From Octopus bimaculoides (Eukaryota), in assembly GCF_001194135.2 (NCBI RefSeq), contig NC_068986.1, positions 31,256,467 to 31,308,956 on the forward strand: DNA of 52,490 nucleotides, read 5' to 3'. The position numbers and the translations under genes are program-made. Shown here one piece after another: positions 48,520 through 52,490 of the stretch (positions are counted from its first letter, which is position 1; every line of letters begins with the position of its first letter). The notes under the pieces are model-generated. The model ran no database searches. It saw only the letters and a list, made by a program, of their open reading frames with translations, and was not told the DNA's origin.

Positions 48520-48830
48520 TTGCATTTGGATAATCCTTGGATGAAGAAAGTTTGGTAGAATGAAGGATAGTATTATCTTCGTAGGAGTGGGCTTGCCGGA
48601 GATGATGGGAAGTAAGTCGGTCTATTAGGAAGAGTGTAGGGGACAAAACTGAACACTGGGGTACACCAGCATTGATGGTGTTGGTCAGAGTGAACTCCAT
48701 CTAAATATACTGTAGTAGAATGGTCTAATATGAAATCACCAGTCTAAGAGATACACAGAGCCCATAGGTTGGCAGTTTTGACAGGATTGTGTGCCAGACA
48801 TGGTTGATGCATGGCTGATATCAAGAAAAA
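48520..48830 (-). mobile_element. Decayed CR1/L2/Jockey-type reverse transcriptase fragment
   Basis: INAGVPQCSVLSPTLFLI...HSYEDNT matches GVPQGSVLSP.LF...YADD; bounds approximate. Confidence 0.65.
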
Positions 48831-48876
48831 CAACACTGCTTTCATTAACTGAATGTGTTAAAGTAAGATGTAAATA

Positions 48877-50153
48877 TTGAGTTGGCAACTAAGTTCCCGC
48901 CGTTTTTTAAATTAAAAATTTAAAAAAGGTTTAATAAAAAATAACAACTAATTAATCAATAATGTAGTCACCCTTGTTGTTTACAACTTCTTCCTAATGT
49001 TCAACAAGATTTTCAATACCTCATTGGTAGAAATCACCCCGAAAAATTGATCCAACCAAGCTCTCAATTCTGCATCAGTAGTGAACGAAGCTCCATGCAT
49101 AGCATTTGAAAGAGATCGAAAGAGGTGGAAATCCGTTGGTGCCAAATCAGGAGAGTACAGCGGGTGTGGAAGCACTTCCCATCCATGCATTTGAATGGCT
49201 TCCTTGGTCATATTGGCAATATGAGGGCGGGCGTTGTCGTGCAGCTGCTGATTGGGTCTTTTCTCTTGAATAGTTGAATAACTGTGTTGAGTCGTTCCAT
49301 TTGTTGAACATAGAGTTCCACGTTAACAGTTTGGTTCTGTTCAAGCAATTCGTAATGGATAATCCCTTCCCAGTCCCACCATATGCACAACATCGTTTTA
49401 CACGGACGAAGATCTTGTTTCATGCGTGGTGTCACTTGTTTACCGGGGCTAAGCCATTCCTTACGCTGCTTCATATTGATGTACAGGCACCATTTTTTGT
49501 CACCAGTAATGATTTGATAAAGAAATCGTTGCTTGTGTCCATGAGTTGAACAGTGAAGAGCAAGCAAACCAGTGGAGATTGTGGCTCGCTGATTTTTATT
49601 GTTGCTGCTTAAAGCATGCAGAACCCATGTTCCATACTTCTGAACCTTTTCCATTGAGTGAAGATGCTTGTCTATAGCAGTGTGGGAGCATTCCATTTTC
49701 TCTGCTAGTTCCCTTGTCGTTTGATGAGAATTTTCGTGCAAAAATTGGGTTAATCTCTCTTCATGGAACTCAATTGGATAGCCGGAATGAGGTATGTCTT
49801 TGAGGTCAAAATTTCCATTTTTGAACTTGGCATACCAATCACGAGCAGTTCCTTCAGCTATGGCACTCTCTCCATACACAGCACAAATGTTGCGAGCAGC
49901 TTTTGTGGCCCTTTAGAACCTTGATTAAAAGCAAAAAGAAGGTGTCGAGAATGCTCGTTTTTCTTAACTTGACATTCCATTTTAATGATCTGAAAATAAA
50001 CAAAAATTAACTAAAATTAACTAGAGAAAAGAAACAAAATAGATTCCAAAATGATTCAAAAATAGAATTCTCAAAAAAAATAGATTTCAAAATTTAAAAA
50101 TGCGATAAATTTCAAACTTTAAAAAAACGGCAGGAACTTAGTTGCCAACCCAA
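48877..50153 (-). mobile_element. Full-length mariner (Tc1/mariner, D34D) element, 1,277 bp
   Basis: ~32-bp TIRs (TTGAGTTGGCAACTAAGTTCCCGCCGTTTTTT / TTGGGTTGGCAACTAAGTTCCTGCCGTTTTTT, 2 mismatches); TA flanks at 48875-76 and 50154-55. Confidence 0.95.
48952..49980 (-). pseudogene. Frameshifted mariner transposase
   Basis: MECQVKKNEH..., WYAKFKNG, WVLHAL, ITGDKKW, LHDNARPH, YSPDLAPTDFHLF; 34 residues between 2nd and 3rd Asp; at least two frameshifts. Confidence 0.93.
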
Positions 50154-50475
50154 TAGTTGTCTCTATCACCTATGAGAGTGCTATAGGATGATAATTGGTA
50201 CTGTGAAAGAAGTTGCCCTCCTTGCTAATAGGACTTACTAGTCACATGTTTTTATATGCCGTGGTAAGAGAGAGGAAGAGAGAGAAAGAGAAAAAGAGAG
50301 AGAGAGAGAGAGATGTCCATAGTACAAGAAAAGATATGTTCAGATTTGTTGGTGAAAACCATGCCAAATCAGACTGGAGCCTGGCACAGCCTTCCAATGT
50401 GCCAGCCCAGTCAAACGTCCAACTCATGCCAGCATGGACAACGGACATTAAATAATGATGATGATGGCGATGATA

Positions 50476-50545
<70 letters not shown>

Positions 50546-52294
50546 ATATAGTTCATATCCAGTTAAAAGAAGGAAAGAAAATGGAGAGTTGAAAGTTAAT
50601 AATTATTTATTATCAACAAATTGGTAATCTTTACTTCTTACAGCTGTTTTCATTAATACTCAATAATTAAATTACAAATTTGTGTACGATTAGATCGCCC
50701 CCAGTACACAACTGGTACTTAATTTATCAACCCCGAAAGGATGAAAGGCAAAGTCGACCTCAGTGGAATTTGAACTCAGAATGTAAAGACAGATGAAATA
50801 CCACTAAGCCTTTTGCTTGGCATGCTAACGTTTCTGCTAGCTCAACGCCTTTGAAGAATAAAATAATAAAAATATTATCTACTGCTGCTCCTTTGTGCCA
50901 AAAGCATGGAATTCTTATGTTGATTTAAAGGGGTAAATGCTATATTTTAAATAGGTTTTTTGTGAATGTATTCTACATTCTAATTTCAATAAAGAAGAGA
51001 TTTCCTGAGATGCAAGACATAACTCATAACAAGTATGAATTTAAAAGCTGCTGAAGTTTACTCAACCAGTTGACCTGACCCTATTTCTGTTTAGAATTGG
51101 CAACTTGTGTTTTCTCTAGCTTATTATTAAGCTTTCAGATTTCACTAGACCATTGTTTTCTTCCTAAGGAATTTTAACAAACAGCAACATAACCGATATT
51201 AGACTGGAAGAGTCTAAGCATATTTGAAGTTAAAATTCACAAGACCACATGTTATTTTACTTTGTTTGAAATGTATGAGAAGATGAAATCTGCAGCAGCA
51301 TTATGAAGCATGCTACTTTTGTAATCTTTGTTAACAGATAGCCCACACGAGTTCTAGAAATGGAAGTCATGGGAGATATAGCTCATCCTGTTTACAAACA
51401 AGTAGTTCAAACAGTGAAATGAATTTTATGCCATGAGTCTAATGTTTCACTCTAATGTTTCGTTGGTGAGAGATGAAATGTCAACTAGTGTGCAGGATAA
51501 ATAAATTTGAATTGAGATATCCATATATTTAAACTGCTCTAGTAACAAAGTTTAACACTTGTAAACACTTTATGAATGTAGAAGATTACCATGTTTAAGA
51601 GGGTAAGATATTGAAATGAATAAAAGCAAAAATCATAACACGCAAAAAGGAAAATATTAGTTTCTAGTATAATCTTTTCTTTTTTGTCTTTTACTTACTT
51701 CAGTCATTGGATTGCGACCATGCTGGGGCATCACCTTGAGGGGTTTAGTTGAACAGATTGAACCTAATACTAATTGTTTTTAAAGTCTGATACTTTGTTG
51801 GTGTTTTTCGCAAAACTGTTAAGGTGCAGGGATGTAAACAAACCTACACTGGTTGTCAAGCAGTGGTAGAACACCCCCACTTCACTCCCACCCTCAGAAG
51901 GGGCTTCTACACCGTTTCCATTTACCAAATTCACTCACTGTACACACAAACACATACAGACACTCAGAATAGGTTTCTAGACAGCTTCCATCTACCAAAT
52001 TCACTCATCACATGCACACACACATGCACACACACACACACACACATGCACACATACAGGATCGGCTTCTACACAGTTTCCATTCAAACTTTTAAAAAAT
52101 CTAAAAAATAATGATAAAATAATTTGGGCATTAGGCTGTGTGGTAAGAAGCTTGTTTACCAACCACATGGTTCCGGGTTCAGTCCCACTGCGTGGCACCT
52201 CAGGCAAGTGTCTTCTGCTATAGCCTCAGGCCGACCAAAGCCTTGTGAGTGGATTTGGTAGACAGAAACTGAAAAGAAGCCCATCATGTATATG

Positions 52295-52321
52295 CATATA
52301 TATATATATATAAAATGAGAA

Positions 52322-52360
<39 letters not shown>

Positions 52361-52490
52361 GTGAATCCCTAAGACTCGAGAACTACACAACCAATTTCAT
52401 TCAAATTTTACAGATGCCTTACTTAGGGTTCCAGTTGTGTTTTAGTCAAAAAACATTTTAACTTCTTGCAGAGTTCGAGCCCACAGCAAC
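52295..52490 (+). mobile_element. Probable 5' part of a microsatellite-bearing non-autonomous Helitron/DINE-like element
   Basis: TATATATAAAATGAGAATG-(TCTG)n-...ACCAATTTCATTCAAATTTT layout; runs off the window end. Confidence 0.45.

Overview
AT-rich animal genomic DNA with a repeat landscape I recognise as octopus-like (tRNA-derived SINEs, RTE LINE ends, many microsatellites); the species assignment is inference. The window holds the 3' part of one large + strand gene of the thioester-containing protein (alpha-2-macroglobulin/TEP/CD109) family. I traced 29 GT-AG exons from 1090 to the stop at 46941. They join with consistent intron phases into one frame of about 1,386 aa; the N-terminal exons lie upstream of the window. 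The protein has MG domains, a polybasic stretch ending in a furin-type site (RQRR/S), a bait-like region, FPETW, an intact GCGEQ thioester with Ser at the catalytic-His position, and a receptor-binding domain. It then carries a C-terminal six-cysteine module whose spacing matches sFRP/netrin-type NTR domains, which is unusual for an A2M-type protein. Introns and the 3' flank contain a full-length mariner with TIRs and TA TSD, a decayed Mutator-like transposase, RLE-type and RTE/CR1-type LINE fragments, Helitron-type termini, hAT and TTAA MITEs, many SINEs, and several local duplications, including a copied piece of the thioester exon. There are four assembly gaps.
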